A stretch of 64,000 nt of DNA from Acidimicrobiia bacterium (GCA_965203555.1 CBDBCY010000004.1:64001-128000); one strand, 5' to 3'; shown: positions 7,954-17,046, counted from the first letter of the stretch. Numbers and translations are program-made. Notes: generated by a model from the letters alone, not told the origin.

Positions 7954-10812
7954 TTACCGAAAGCCGCGGTCCTTCACCCGGGCCAGGGCCGTTCTGACGA
8001 CCTCGGTGAGTTGCTGCCCGGAAGGAGCGTCGCCGCCGACGCCGGCCATCACCGCCCCGCGTGACCCACCCTCCTCGATCAGCACGATCGATTCGTGGAG
8101 CCGGTCCTTGTGGCCGATCCGATGGTGTCGGGCCGGCAGCTCCGTCATTGTGTCGCCGTCCATCACCGCCACGGAACGGGCGCCCGCCAGCGACAGTTCG
8201 GCGTAGGGCGGACGCCAGATCCGCCAGAACGGCGTCTTGCGGACAGCCTGCAGCGGCCCGGCCCCGATCCTGCCGGCCGACCACATGGGCAGGCGATGAT
8301 CCTCCTCTCCGATCTTGGTCTGTCCGTCCCCCGCCACCGTGAACTCCGCGTAGCGGGTGTTCGGCAGGCGGGGCAACCGTCCGGCCCGGCGATTGATCGC
8401 ATAGAGCGCCAGCCACAGCAGGGTGAACATCAAGAGCAGCAGCAAAGCGGAGAGAATTGTCTCCAGGGTACGGTTCCGTTCCCGGTCGATCGGCCCCGGC
8501 ACCGAGATGGCCAGTGGTTGGCGTTCGTCTTCGACGGAGACGCTGACGTAGCGGACAGTCATCCCCTGGTCGGTGTTCACCTGGCGCTCCAGTTCCACCT
8601 CCAGTTCGGTGGGCTTGGAGTCGCCGGTGTCCGAGCACCATATGGGATCGTGGTCCGCGAAGGCCACCGTGGCGGGGACTCGCTCCCCCTCTCCGCCGTC
8701 CACCTCCGTCGAGGTGTCCAGTTCGAGGCATCCGGGCGTGTCGTCCACTTTGACCGGGACCGTCAGATCCCGGCCCACCAGTGGCGCCAGCCGGGCATGG
8801 TCCAGTTCCATCACCGGACCGGGCGGCTGGGGATCGGCCTGGACCTGGAACGAGTCCGTGACCCACCCCACTTGCTCTCCCTCCCGCAACTCGAATCGGT
8901 AGACATGTATGCCGGGTTCGGATGAGGCGGGTACCCGCAGTGTCCCGTCCTCGGTCCAGACCGCGTCCAGTTCCTCATCGTCGCGGTACACCACGATGTC
9001 GTCCTGCTGTTCGGGGGTGAGCGGGCGGTTGTCGGCCTCCACCGCGAATTCCACGGGTCGGCCGGCCAGCACCGGCGAGGTCAGCAGTTCCGCCTCGAAG
9101 GGAAGTCGGTCCACTTCCACCACCACCGTGGACCTCACCCACCCCGACGGGGCGCCGCTTTGCAGCTCGAATTGGTAGGTGTGGGCGCCGGGTGCGGGCG
9201 CCACCGGGTCCTGGATCGTCCCGTCCTCGGTCCAGACCGCGTCCAGTTCCTCTCCGTCGCGGTACACGACGATGTCGTCCTGCTGTTCGGGGGTGAGCGG
9301 GCGGTTGTCGGCCTCCACCGCGAATTCCACGGGATCCCCGGCCACCGCCCGGGAGGTGGTGGTTTGCGCGTCCAGGGTCACCCCCTCCACCTGCACCGCC
9401 ACCGAGGCCGTGCCCGGTTCCCCCGAAGCGGTGCTGCCCAGTTCGAACTGGTAGGTGTGGGCGCCCGGTTCGGGTGCGGCCGGGTCCTGGAGGTTTCCCT
9501 CCGGGGTCCACCGTACACCGTCCACCGGTCGGCCGTCGCGGTGCACGGTGACGCGATTCCGCTCCTCGGGGGAGAGGGGGCGGGGATCCTCCTGGACAGA
9601 ACCGGTGGTAAGGGAGAACTCCAGGGGCTGTCCGGCCATGGCCGGGGAGGTGACCGCGGCGGCGGTGAGGTCGGGAGGCCCGAAGTCCACCGACCCGCAC
9701 ACCTGCTCCATGCGGCCTCCCCTGACCACCGGAGATGTGAATCGATGCTCCGAGTCGAATTCGAGCACCAGCCGGACGACGGACGGGTTCGAAACGTCAA
9801 GGACCGCCGGCTCGTGACCGGTCCGCAACTCCGCCCGCCCGGGACCAGCCAAAAGGGTCACCGACTCCACCAGTTCCGGGGGGATCCCGGAGGGAAGATC
9901 TCCATTCCATACCACTCCCTCGCCCGACCGGACGGTGAGGGAAGCGGGGTCGAGAGCCGTTCCCGAGAGGGAGGTGCAGGCGGCGTTGAAGAGCAGATCG
10001 TCCGAAAGGCTGTCCATGTCCGCCACCGGCCGGTGATCGAACTCCAGTGTCCCGCACCCCTTTTCATTGAGCAATTCGAACAGTCTCAGCGTATCCCCGT
10101 ACGGCTGGTCTCCCTCCAGGTAGAAAAGCCTGATCTCAAACGCCGGCACCTGCGCGCTGTCGAATTGCTCGGCCAATCCGAAGTACCGGGGGTTGATCTG
10201 GGAGCGGGACGCTTCGGTTCCGCAGATGGCGGGAATCAGCAAGCCCTCCACGTCGGAGAGATTCCCCCGGTCCGACAGGTCCCGTTGGAGGGTGTCGTAC
10301 GACCGGGGCAGCAGGAGGTCGCCCCTCGCCCGATGGTCCAGATCGTGCTGCCCGTCGCTGAACCACACCGTTCTTCGGCAATCGCTGCTCCACGGCATGT
10401 CCAGTATCCCGCGAAAAGCCTCGATGTAATCGGTGTGCCACCGGTACTCGTCCCGGTCCCATTCGTAGTCGACATGTCGGTCGGCGAATTCCTCGACCAG
10501 CAGGTGCAGACGGTCGGCATCGGTGTCCAGATCCAGGAATCCGTCGCTGTAGGGTCTGAAAGTGGCGGCGAAACCGGCCAGGGCCACCGAGATGTCCACC
10601 TGCTGATTGGCCCTGAGGTTGGCCAGGTACTCCTTGGTGGCGTCTATGCGTCGGTTGCGGGGGTCGTTGGTGTCTATCGACCCGGACTCGTCGAGGAGGA
10701 TCAGCACCTCCAGGGAATTGCATGTCTGCGGTGTCTGCGCTTGCGCCCCGGAAGGCGGCAAAACAGCCAAAAGGGTTACGATCACCGCGGCGAGGGCTGC
10801 GTACCGCTTCAA
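7954..10812 (-). CDS. Exported, membrane-anchored vWA (MIDAS) protein with three ~92-aa beta-rich repeats (~952 aa)
   Basis: Signal peptide MKRYAALAAVIVTLLAVLPPSGAQA. MIDAS motifs LLDESGS, TDY and WFSDG. C-terminal TM segment ILSALLLLLMFTLLWLALYAI followed by a cytoplasmic tail. The TTG start overlaps the upstream TGA. Confidence 0.85.
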   Translation of the reverse strand: MKRYAALAAVIVTLLAVLPPSGAQAQTPQTCNSLEVLILLDESGSIDTNDPRNRRIDATKEYLANLRANQQVDISVALAGFAATFRPYSDGFLDLDTDADRLHLLVEEFADRHVDYEWDRDEYRWHTDYIEAFRGILDMPWSSDCRRTVWFSDGQHDLDHRARGDLLLPRSYDTLQRDLSDRGNLSDVEGLLIPAICGTEASRSQINPRYFGLAEQFDSAQVPAFEIRLFYLEGDQPYGDTLRLFELLNEKGCGTLEFDHRPVADMDSLSDDLLFNAACTSLSGTALDPASLTVRSGEGVVWNGDLPSGIPPELVESVTLLAGPGRAELRTGHEPAVLDVSNPSVVRLVLEFDSEHRFTSPVVRGGRMEQVCGSVDFGPPDLTAAAVTSPAMAGQPLEFSLTTGSVQEDPRPLSPEERNRVTVHRDGRPVDGVRWTPEGNLQDPAAPEPGAHTYQFELGSTASGEPGTASVAVQVEGVTLDAQTTTSRAVAGDPVEFAVEADNRPLTPEQQDDIVVYRDGEELDAVWTEDGTIQDPVAPAPGAHTYQFELQSGAPSGWVRSTVVVEVDRLPFEAELLTSPVLAGRPVEFAVEADNRPLTPEQQDDIVVYRDDEELDAVWTEDGTLRVPASSEPGIHVYRFELREGEQVGWVTDSFQVQADPQPPGPVMELDHARLAPLVGRDLTVPVKVDDTPGCLELDTSTEVDGGEGERVPATVAFADHDPIWCSDTGDSKPTELEVELERQVNTDQGMTVRYVSVSVEDERQPLAISVPGPIDRERNRTLETILSALLLLLMFTLLWLALYAINRRAGRLPRLPNTRYAEFTVAGDGQTKIGEEDHRLPMWSAGRIGAGPLQAVRKTPFWRIWRPPYAELSLAGARSVAVMDGDTMTELPARHHRIGHKDRLHESIVLIEEGGSRGAVMAGVGGDAPSGQQLTEVVRTALARVKDRGFR
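8942..9333. repeat. Intragenic ~116-bp near-identical direct repeat (period 276 bp) in the vWA gene; a third, diverged unit lies at ~9440-9660
   Basis: 8942-9057 and 9218-9333 differ at about 3 positions and both encode PVEFAVEADNRPLTPEQQDDIVVYRDxEELDAVWTEDGT. Confidence 0.9.
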
Positions 10813-11225
10813 AGTGTCAGATCCCGAGCGATTCTGATGGCGATCATGTAGCCGGACCACAAGGCCGACACGAAGGAGATCACCAGAGCCGAAATTACCA
10901 CTGCGGTCGAATTCCACCACCGACCCACCCACGCCGGGCCCTGGCCGAGTTGTTTCAGTCGAAAGAGAGCGAACCCGGGGAAGGACAGCCCCACCACTGC
11001 CAGGATTCCCCCGAGAGCCAGGAGGAAGTTGGGATCGTCGAAGCGCAGGTGGCGGATTTCCTCGCCCATCCGGGCCATGACCACGGACGCCGCCGACCCG
11101 GTAAGCAAAAGAGCAAGCCACCATCCCCCTCCCTCTTCCCATGGGGCGCCCCGTCTCCGGCTGAGCGTCCTTTCCCGGTGGCGCTGGTCAGGTGGTTCGT
11201 ATTCAAATCTAAAATCGGAAGACAT
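10809..11225 (-). CDS. Small 3-TM membrane protein, first gene of the tubulin-like operon
   Basis: ATG at 11225 sits 8 nt after a TATATT -10 hexamer. Three hydrophobic segments. The stop overlaps the vWA start. Confidence 0.7.
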   Translation of the reverse strand: MSSDFRFEYEPPDQRHRERTLSRRRGAPWEEGGGWWLALLLTGSAASVVMARMGEEIRHLRFDDPNFLLALGGILAVVGLSFPGFALFRLKQLGQGPAWVGRWWNSTAVVISALVISFVSALWSGYMIAIRIARDLTL

Positions 11226-11233
11226 TGGTGAAC

Positions 11234-11266
11234 AATATACAGAAAGGGTGTGACACGCTTTCTGTA
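11234..11266 (-). promoter_or_regulatory. Putative -10 (TATATT) overlapped by a 29-bp operator-like palindrome
   Basis: TACAGAAAG-g-GTGT-g-ACAC-g-CTTTCTGTA at 11238-11266. aatata at 11234-11239 reads TATATT on the minus strand. Confidence 0.7.
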
Positions 11267-11440
11267 AGTCCAAGGTCTTTCAGGCTCGGGTTCGTCATGC
11301 GGACGGTTAATCCGAACAGGTCGGAATTGAGTTCCGGTTCTGACCAGTGGTTTCGCCCGTTGTTTCTAATCCGCCGCCCACCCCGGTACGAATAGTCGCG
11401 GACTCAATCGACAGGCGCCCCCATTGGCGCCACAAACCGG

Positions 11441-12130
11441 CTACATTACGATGCTCACCACCCGGCCGCCCATGGGTTGCACGGGACGACTGTTCGGTCC
11501 GCCGCTCAGAGCCTGAAGCCCTTCGACCTGTTCCGCAGAGATGGTCTTCGGTCTGCGCATCACGAACCAGTCGACCGGTTCCTCGCAGGGGGGTGTCGTC
11601 TTCGATCCGTCGTATCTGAAATAGAAAGGGCCGTCCGGCCGGAAACTCCGGGCGTTCAGGGTGAATCCCTCGCCGATCTCGTCACCGGACACCGGGGCGA
11701 CCTCGAGAATCGCCTGCACCGCCGGGCTGGGCTCTCCCAACTGGAACAGTTGTCCCACCACCGCCAAGTCGCCGCGGTCGTCGGCGTGGACCAAGTGCAG
11801 TTCCGCCGCGTACCTCAGCCCGTCCACCAGATGTTCAGACGGTGTGTGAATGTGGGCCGACTCGAGTCGGTAAGTGCGCTCGCCGACGCTCAGAGTGTTT
11901 CCCGGTGGGTACTCGACGTGGACGAACTTCCCGTCGTTGCGGACGGTCCTGGCTTCGAAGGCGTATAGGAAGGACATCGGCGTGTAGTCCTCTCGGACGT
12001 ATCCGGTGATGTCGATCGGCGATTGCTGTTTGCCCTTCGAGCAGTTTTCGTACCGCTTGGACAGCGAACCCCAATGCTGCGGCCCGCCCGGCCCCTCATA
12101 CCCCCAGTCCACCCGTCTCATCCTGGCCAC
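11441..12130 (-). CDS. Alpha-class carbonic anhydrase
   Basis: WGYEG..GPQHWG, QSPIDI, HIHTPSEH, ELHLVH, GSKTTPPC.E.V.W and NSRPVQP. The start is uncertain: GTG at 12130 follows GGGAG, but the ORF is open to 12391. Confidence 0.9.
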   Translation of the reverse strand: MARMRRVDWGYEGPGGPQHWGSLSKRYENCSKGKQQSPIDITGYVREDYTPMSFLYAFEARTVRNDGKFVHVEYPPGNTLSVGERTYRLESAHIHTPSEHLVDGLRYAAELHLVHADDRGDLAVVGQLFQLGEPSPAVQAILEVAPVSGDEIGEGFTLNARSFRPDGPFYFRYDGSKTTPPCEEPVDWFVMRRPKTISAEQVEGLQALSGGPNSRPVQPMGGRVVSIVM

Positions 12131-12634
12131 TCTGATCTCCCACATGACGTACACCAGGCATGTCAGGCCGATGAAAAGCCCCCTCCAATAGAGTCTACCT
12201 GTCCTTGGTCCTGATCCTGACCAGTTCGGAAGCCACCATGGGACTACGGACGAGGCTGCCACCATGAGAAATGTCAACAGGCGTATACCCTTCTTGATCT
12301 GATCTCCCCCCAAGTAGGAAACGGTCATGTGCGATAGTCGGATGGTCCAGTGCGGACCGATCTGATGCCCAATAAGATTAATTGTCATCACACTCTCGAC
12401 ATAAACGTCGACAGGAGCAATGAACCGCCCCTCATAGAAGGCTGTCGTTCGGATTATCGGCTGGTTGGTGGGGTTTGATGCGCCCGTCCGGGGGCTACAG
12501 AACCCCTGCCCCGACTGCGGACGGACGGGATACCATAACAGACCACCTGCTTAGTCCACCCGATCCGCCATATCCCGATTCAGCGGGCGGCGCCGATGAC
12601 AAGCCCGGGCAGGATCGGAGAGAAAGGAGTTCCC

Positions 12635-14578
12635 GTGTTCGCCTCCAAGCCCATCAGAAGACCCCTGGCGGTTCTCGTTGTCCTGACTTTGCTGTCGGGG
12701 CTCTGGATCGCCGCTCCGGTCGCCTCCCAGGAAGGCGACTCGGAGAGCGGGGAGTTCACCCTGGTCATCCTCCACAACAACGACGGGGAGTCCAAGCTAC
12801 TCGAAGACCCGGACTCCGGATACCCGGGCGCGGCCCGTTTCGCGGCGGCGATGAAGCAGCTTCAGTCGCAGGCCGACGGGGCGGTGATCACCCTTACCTC
12901 CGGGGACAACTTCCTGGCCTCCCAGGAACTGGGAGTATCCCTCGCCCGCGGCGATGCTCCGCTCTATGACTCGGTGGCCCTGAGCGGCCTCTACGACGCC
13001 ATGGCTCTGGGCAACCACGACTTCGACCTCGGGCCGGAGGTGACCGCCCGGTTCATTGAGGGCTTCACGCCGCCGGTGCCGTTTCTCTCGGCCAACCTGG
13101 ATTTCTCGGGTGAGCCCGTCCTCTCGGGACTGGAGGAGAAGGGCCTGCTCGCTGCCAGCGTGGTGATCGAGACAGGCGGCGAGCGGATCGGAGTGATCGG
13201 CGCGGTAACCCCTTGGCTGGCCAACATCTCCAGCCCCCGCAACGTCGAGGTCTCCGCAGTGCTGCCGGCGGTGGCCGCGGAGACGGCCAAGCTGACCGCC
13301 GACGGAGTGGACAAGATCATCCTGGTCAGCCATCTCCAGGACGTGGCCGAGGAGGTGGCGCTGGTAGCCGAACTGAGCGGCGTCGATGTGGTGATCGCGG
13401 GCGGCGGGGACGACCTGCTCGCCAACGAAGGCGACACCTGCATGCCCGACGAGGAACCGGCCGGCCCCTACCCGTTGCGGGTCGCCGATGCCTCGGGTTC
13501 CGAGGTCCCGGTGATCACCGCCCCCGGCGGCTATCGGTGCATCGGGGAGTTGACGGTGGTCTTCGACTCCGACGGCGCCATAACCAGCGCCCAGGGCCGT
13601 TCGGTGGGAGTGGGGCTGGACGTCGCCGCGGACCCGACGGTGCAGACGGCGGTGATCGAGCCCCTCACCGCGGCGGTGTCAGCCATAGACGCCCACGTCA
13701 TCGGGACGAGCGAGGTCGACCTCGACGGTCGCCGGTCGATAGTGCGTACCACCGACACCAACGTGGGGAGCCTGCTGGCGGACGCCCTCCGCATCCGGGC
13801 CTCGCACCTGGCGGCCGGCTTCGGCGTCTCCCCGCCTGCGGTGGCGGTCACCAACGGGGGCGGGATTCGCAACGACTCGGTGATCCCTGCGGGGAATTTC
13901 ACCACCGGCATGACCTGGGACATCGCACCTTTCCACAACCATGTGGTGGTGGGTGATGTTCCCCGGGAGACCTTCCGTCTCCTGTTGGAGCAGGCGGTCA
14001 GCCGCGTGCCCGGGGCGGGCGGCCAGTTCGCCCAGGTGTCGGGCTTCACCTTCGAATACGACCCGTCAGGTGCGGCCCAGGAGGTGGACCGGTCCGCCGA
14101 CTGCGCCATCACCGGCTCGCCCGGCGAGCGGGTGAGGAACGTCACTCTCTCCGACGGGACGGTGATCGTCCGGGACGGTTCGGTGGTTTCCGGCGATCCG
14201 GTGACCCTGGCCACGGTGGACTTCCTGGCCAAGGGAGGCGACTGCTATCCCCTGGCCGAGGTGGAGATCACCAGGCTTCCGGTCACCTACCAGCAGGCTC
14301 TGGCCGACTACGTGGCCCAGGATCTGGGCGGGAAGATCACCGCCGCCGCCTATCCCACCGACGGTGGCGGGCGGATCACGGCCCTGGCGCCCACCCGCTC
14401 CTACAAGGTGCGATCCGGCGACACCCTGCGCTCGATCGCCCACTCCCTCCTGGGGTCGGAACTCCGCTGGCCGGAGATATTTGCGCTGAACGAGGGCAAG
14501 ACCCAGGCCGACGGGCGGTCCCTGACCAATCCCGACCTGATCCACATCGACTGGATTCTGGAGGTCCCCGGGAACTGA
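12635..14578 (+). CDS. Exported 5'-nucleotidase-family metallophosphatase with a C-terminal LysM domain
   Basis: Signal peptide. Motifs LHNNDGES, SGDNF, GNHDFD, NGGGIR and QVSG. LysM YKVRSGDTLRSIA...RWPEIFALN...PDLI. AAAGGAG RBS before GTG 12635. Confidence 0.88.
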   Translation: MFASKPIRRPLAVLVVLTLLSGLWIAAPVASQEGDSESGEFTLVILHNNDGESKLLEDPDSGYPGAARFAAAMKQLQSQADGAVITLTSGDNFLASQELGVSLARGDAPLYDSVALSGLYDAMALGNHDFDLGPEVTARFIEGFTPPVPFLSANLDFSGEPVLSGLEEKGLLAASVVIETGGERIGVIGAVTPWLANISSPRNVEVSAVLPAVAAETAKLTADGVDKIILVSHLQDVAEEVALVAELSGVDVVIAGGGDDLLANEGDTCMPDEEPAGPYPLRVADASGSEVPVITAPGGYRCIGELTVVFDSDGAITSAQGRSVGVGLDVAADPTVQTAVIEPLTAAVSAIDAHVIGTSEVDLDGRRSIVRTTDTNVGSLLADALRIRASHLAAGFGVSPPAVAVTNGGGIRNDSVIPAGNFTTGMTWDIAPFHNHVVVGDVPRETFRLLLEQAVSRVPGAGGQFAQVSGFTFEYDPSGAAQEVDRSADCAITGSPGERVRNVTLSDGTVIVRDGSVVSGDPVTLATVDFLAKGGDCYPLAEVEITRLPVTYQQALADYVAQDLGGKITAAAYPTDGGGRITALAPTRSYKVRSGDTLRSIAHSLLGSELRWPEIFALNEGKTQADGRSLTNPDLIHIDWILEVPGN

Positions 14579-14600
14579 TCCCACCCTCGACCGGTGTTCT

Positions 14601-14637
14601 CATCCGCCTTCCGCCCCACCCGGGCGGGAGGCGGATG
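14601..14637. terminator. Strong hairpin (16-bp stem) between convergent genes; probable terminator
   Basis: catccgcct-t-ccgccc / caccc loop / gggcgg-g-aggcggatg, starting 22 nt after the nucleotidase stop. Confidence 0.65.
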
Positions 14638-14992
14638 GTCCGGCGCGGCGCCGGGGGTGTGCCGAGGGGTTGCTTGCAGGGGCATCCTGTCCGCACTCGG
14701 GCGGCAAGAGCAAGGCTCCCGTCAGGTCACAGCCGCGGTCGGGAAGAGCGCCGCCCCCGGGCCGGAAACAAGGCCGACAGATATCCCGGGAAAGACACCA
14801 AGCCGGATTTCGCTCGATTCAGACCCGTCCCGCCCTGGGGGCGCCCTGTAAGTACGAAGTGGTGGGTGTGCCCGGCATTGTTTTGACGTACGTGTCGACC
14901 TTGGCGCCGATCGGCGCAGGCGGTGGTTTTCGCCCCTAATCGGCCGGGCCCGGGCCTGTTCAAGGGGGCGGGGCGGGTGTCCGATGGTCGGT

Positions 14993-16090
14993 CTATTCCT
15001 CCCGGCCGGTGCTGTCCTCTATCTCCACTACCAGTTCATGGTGTCGAAGCGAGGTGGAGATCAAGGACTGCACTATGGCGACCACCGGCAGCGACAGGAC
15101 CGCTCCCACCGCTCCCATCAGGTATCCGCCGGCGATCACCGCCCCCACCGAGACCGCCGGGTGGACGGCCATGGTGCGGGAGGTGACCCGGGGAGAGATG
15201 ATCAGGTTTTCGACCTGCTGGTAGGCGACGATCAGAATCAGGACCCACAGGGCGGTGATCGGGTTCTCGACCAGGGCGATGAAGACCGGGAGCGCTCCCC
15301 CGACATAGGTGCCGATCACGGGCAGGAACTGGGATATCACTCCCATCCAGATTCCCAGCGCCACCGGATAGGGCACCGAGAGCAGAGCGAGCGTCACGGT
15401 GGTGATCACCGCCGACAGCCCGGCCAGAATCAGCCTCGAATAGATATACCCGCCGGTCTTTTCTATGGAGACCTCCCAGATCCGCAGCAGGAGGTGTTGA
15501 CGGCGGGCGGAGAAGAGCGAAAGCACCAGACGCAGCATCCTGGGCGTGTCCGCCACGATGTAGAAGGCAAACAGCAAAACGGTCATCACCTGGAAGGCCG
15601 CGGTCGCCAAAGTGCCGCCCACCGCCAGCGCCCCCTCGGTCAGTCGGCCCCCGTACTGCTCGATAAGCGCCCCGATATCCGTCAGTTGGGAACGGATGGC
15701 GCCGTCCAGATCGACGTTCAGGTACTGTCCCAGCCAATCCTCCACGGTGGCCAGATAGTCGGGCAATTTGACAGCGATCTCGGCAGCCTGGCTGATTAAA
15801 AGAGGCAACAGGGTAGCCAAAAACACCACTACCAGCACCAGGGCCACCGCAAAGACCGCAACGGTCGCCCATCGGCGACCCCATCCTTTCTTCTCCAGCC
15901 AGTCCACCGCCGGAACAAGCCCCACCGCCAGGAACAGGGCGACGAAGACCATCACCAAAAGGGCGGTTAACTCTCTCATCACCCACACCACCGCCGCAAT
16001 CCCCAACACCCCCAAAGCGACCCTGCCCAACCACCGATTGAGCCAAGGAGGAGGCCGGTCGAAACACGGAGAACCACCGGTCGGCGTCAC
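14993..16090 (-). CDS. AI-2E (PerM-like) family transporter
   Basis: Multi-TM protein with GGYIYSRL, FLPVIG, YQQVENLIISPR and HPAV...G..GAVLSLP. TACACT lies 7 nt before the GTG. Confidence 0.88.
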   Translation of the reverse strand: MTPTGGSPCFDRPPPWLNRWLGRVALGVLGIAAVVWVMRELTALLVMVFVALFLAVGLVPAVDWLEKKGWGRRWATVAVFAVALVLVVVFLATLLPLLISQAAEIAVKLPDYLATVEDWLGQYLNVDLDGAIRSQLTDIGALIEQYGGRLTEGALAVGGTLATAAFQVMTVLLFAFYIVADTPRMLRLVLSLFSARRQHLLLRIWEVSIEKTGGYIYSRLILAGLSAVITTVTLALLSVPYPVALGIWMGVISQFLPVIGTYVGGALPVFIALVENPITALWVLILIVAYQQVENLIISPRVTSRTMAVHPAVSVGAVIAGGYLMGAVGAVLSLPVVAIVQSLISTSLRHHELVVEIEDSTGREE

Positions 16091-16513
16091 ATCTTCGAGT
16101 GTAGTCTGTCCGCCACCCGGTCAAACAGGTCAACGCCGACTCCACGCAGCCGCCGCCCACGCGTTCAGGCATGTGAACGCCAGACCCGACCCATCCCGTC
16201 ATTCGACAGACATAACCAAAGGGAGGCCGGGCGTCACCCGATCCTCCCATCCGGTCATCCGGCAACGAGACGGCTTTCGGCCGGGGCTCTCGGGTGGCCA
16301 GGCCCACTGTGTCGCCGCAACCCGGTCCGGGACCCCTTCACAAGTTGCCTACGTTTTCAAACCTCGGCAGGCGGACAGACACGAACCGGGGTATCGACGG
16401 ATCTCTCCCGCGTACACCTTCGGACAGTCGGGTCCCTAACCGCCGGTCCGGTTGCGCCTTTCAAAGTGCCCGGCATGTCAGCGGGCCCGGCTTGACGCCC
16501 CACCGCGGGCCGG

Positions 16514-16752
16514 TCACTGCTGTGCCTTAATCATACACCACCAACCGGCCTGATCGGGATGGTCGCGCCGGCACTGCTCGTACTTGTTCCGGTCGATTCC
16601 GCTGGCGACGATGTTGCCCTGCCCGAATATGCCACCAGGTGCGACGTCTGATGGTGCGTGCGTCGTCGTGGTGGTGACCTGCTGCTCGGCCACGGCAAAC
16701 GTCGTGGTTGTTGTGGTGGTGGTCGGGATCGGGTCGGGTTCGGACTCCGCCC
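16514..16752 (-). pseudogene. Headless C-terminal fragment of a Thr-rich (probably exported) protein
   Basis: Reads AESEPDPIPTTTTTTTTFAVAEQQVTTTTTHAPS...YEQCRRDHPDQAGWWCMIKAQQ*. In-frame TGA TAA lie just upstream with no start codon before the Thr tract. Confidence 0.5.
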
Positions 16753-17039
16753 TTGGCGCCCTTTATCAGCACCCCATCCTTCTCGAGGATCGCCTGCGCC
16801 TGGTAGTAGCGGGACATGCTGTTGCAGTAGCGCATCAGAATGTTGGTGTCCGCCCGGGTCAACAGCCCCTTGACCGACGACAACGCCGCTATCACGTCGT
16901 CCCACACCCTCGACGCGGTTTCGTTCAGTCCGGACGGTTTCCGGGAGGCACCCTTGGGGCGGGGTTCCCCGTCCCGGTCCCGCGGGTAGCCCCCGGTCGC
17001 TTCGATCAGAGCGGTCGGTTTGCGAGGACGCCCAGCCAC
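16750..17039 (-). pseudogene. Phage terminase small subunit (P27 family-like), truncated at the C-terminus
   Basis: VAGRPRKPTAL...PSGLNETASRVWDDV...LLTRADTNILMRYCNSMSRYYQAQAILEKDGVLIKGAKGG. The expected ..NP....helical C-terminus is replaced by unrelated sequence; the frame runs on to 16527. Confidence 0.7.
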
Positions 17040-17046
17040 TGGCGTA

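Noticed and set aside
7931-8866. 312-aa N-terminal extension of the tubulin-like ORF (1414 aa in the ORF track); likewise the extensions to 5339 and 11142
   Set aside because: They overlap the upstream real genes in another frame and have shadow-ORF composition. The RBS and stop/start overlaps mark the true starts at 7930, 4625 and 10812.
8942-9333. Possible CRISPR array or DGR template/variable-repeat pair
   Set aside because: Only two long in-frame copies inside one CDS, with no spacers. The mismatches are too few to show an adenine-specific pattern, and there is no reverse transcriptase or cas gene in the window.
4760-10851. Long plus-strand ORFs (455, 689 and 563 aa) opposite the tubulin operon
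   Set aside because: Antisense shadows expected in high-GC coding DNA; no family motifs.
14640-14990. Possible ncRNA or small gene in the intergenic gap
   Set aside because: No recognisable RNA family motif or convincing ORF.
16100-16510. Possible att site, tRNA or riboswitch beside the phage remnant
   Set aside because: No cloverleaf, no matching flanking direct repeat found by eye, and no known aptamer motif.
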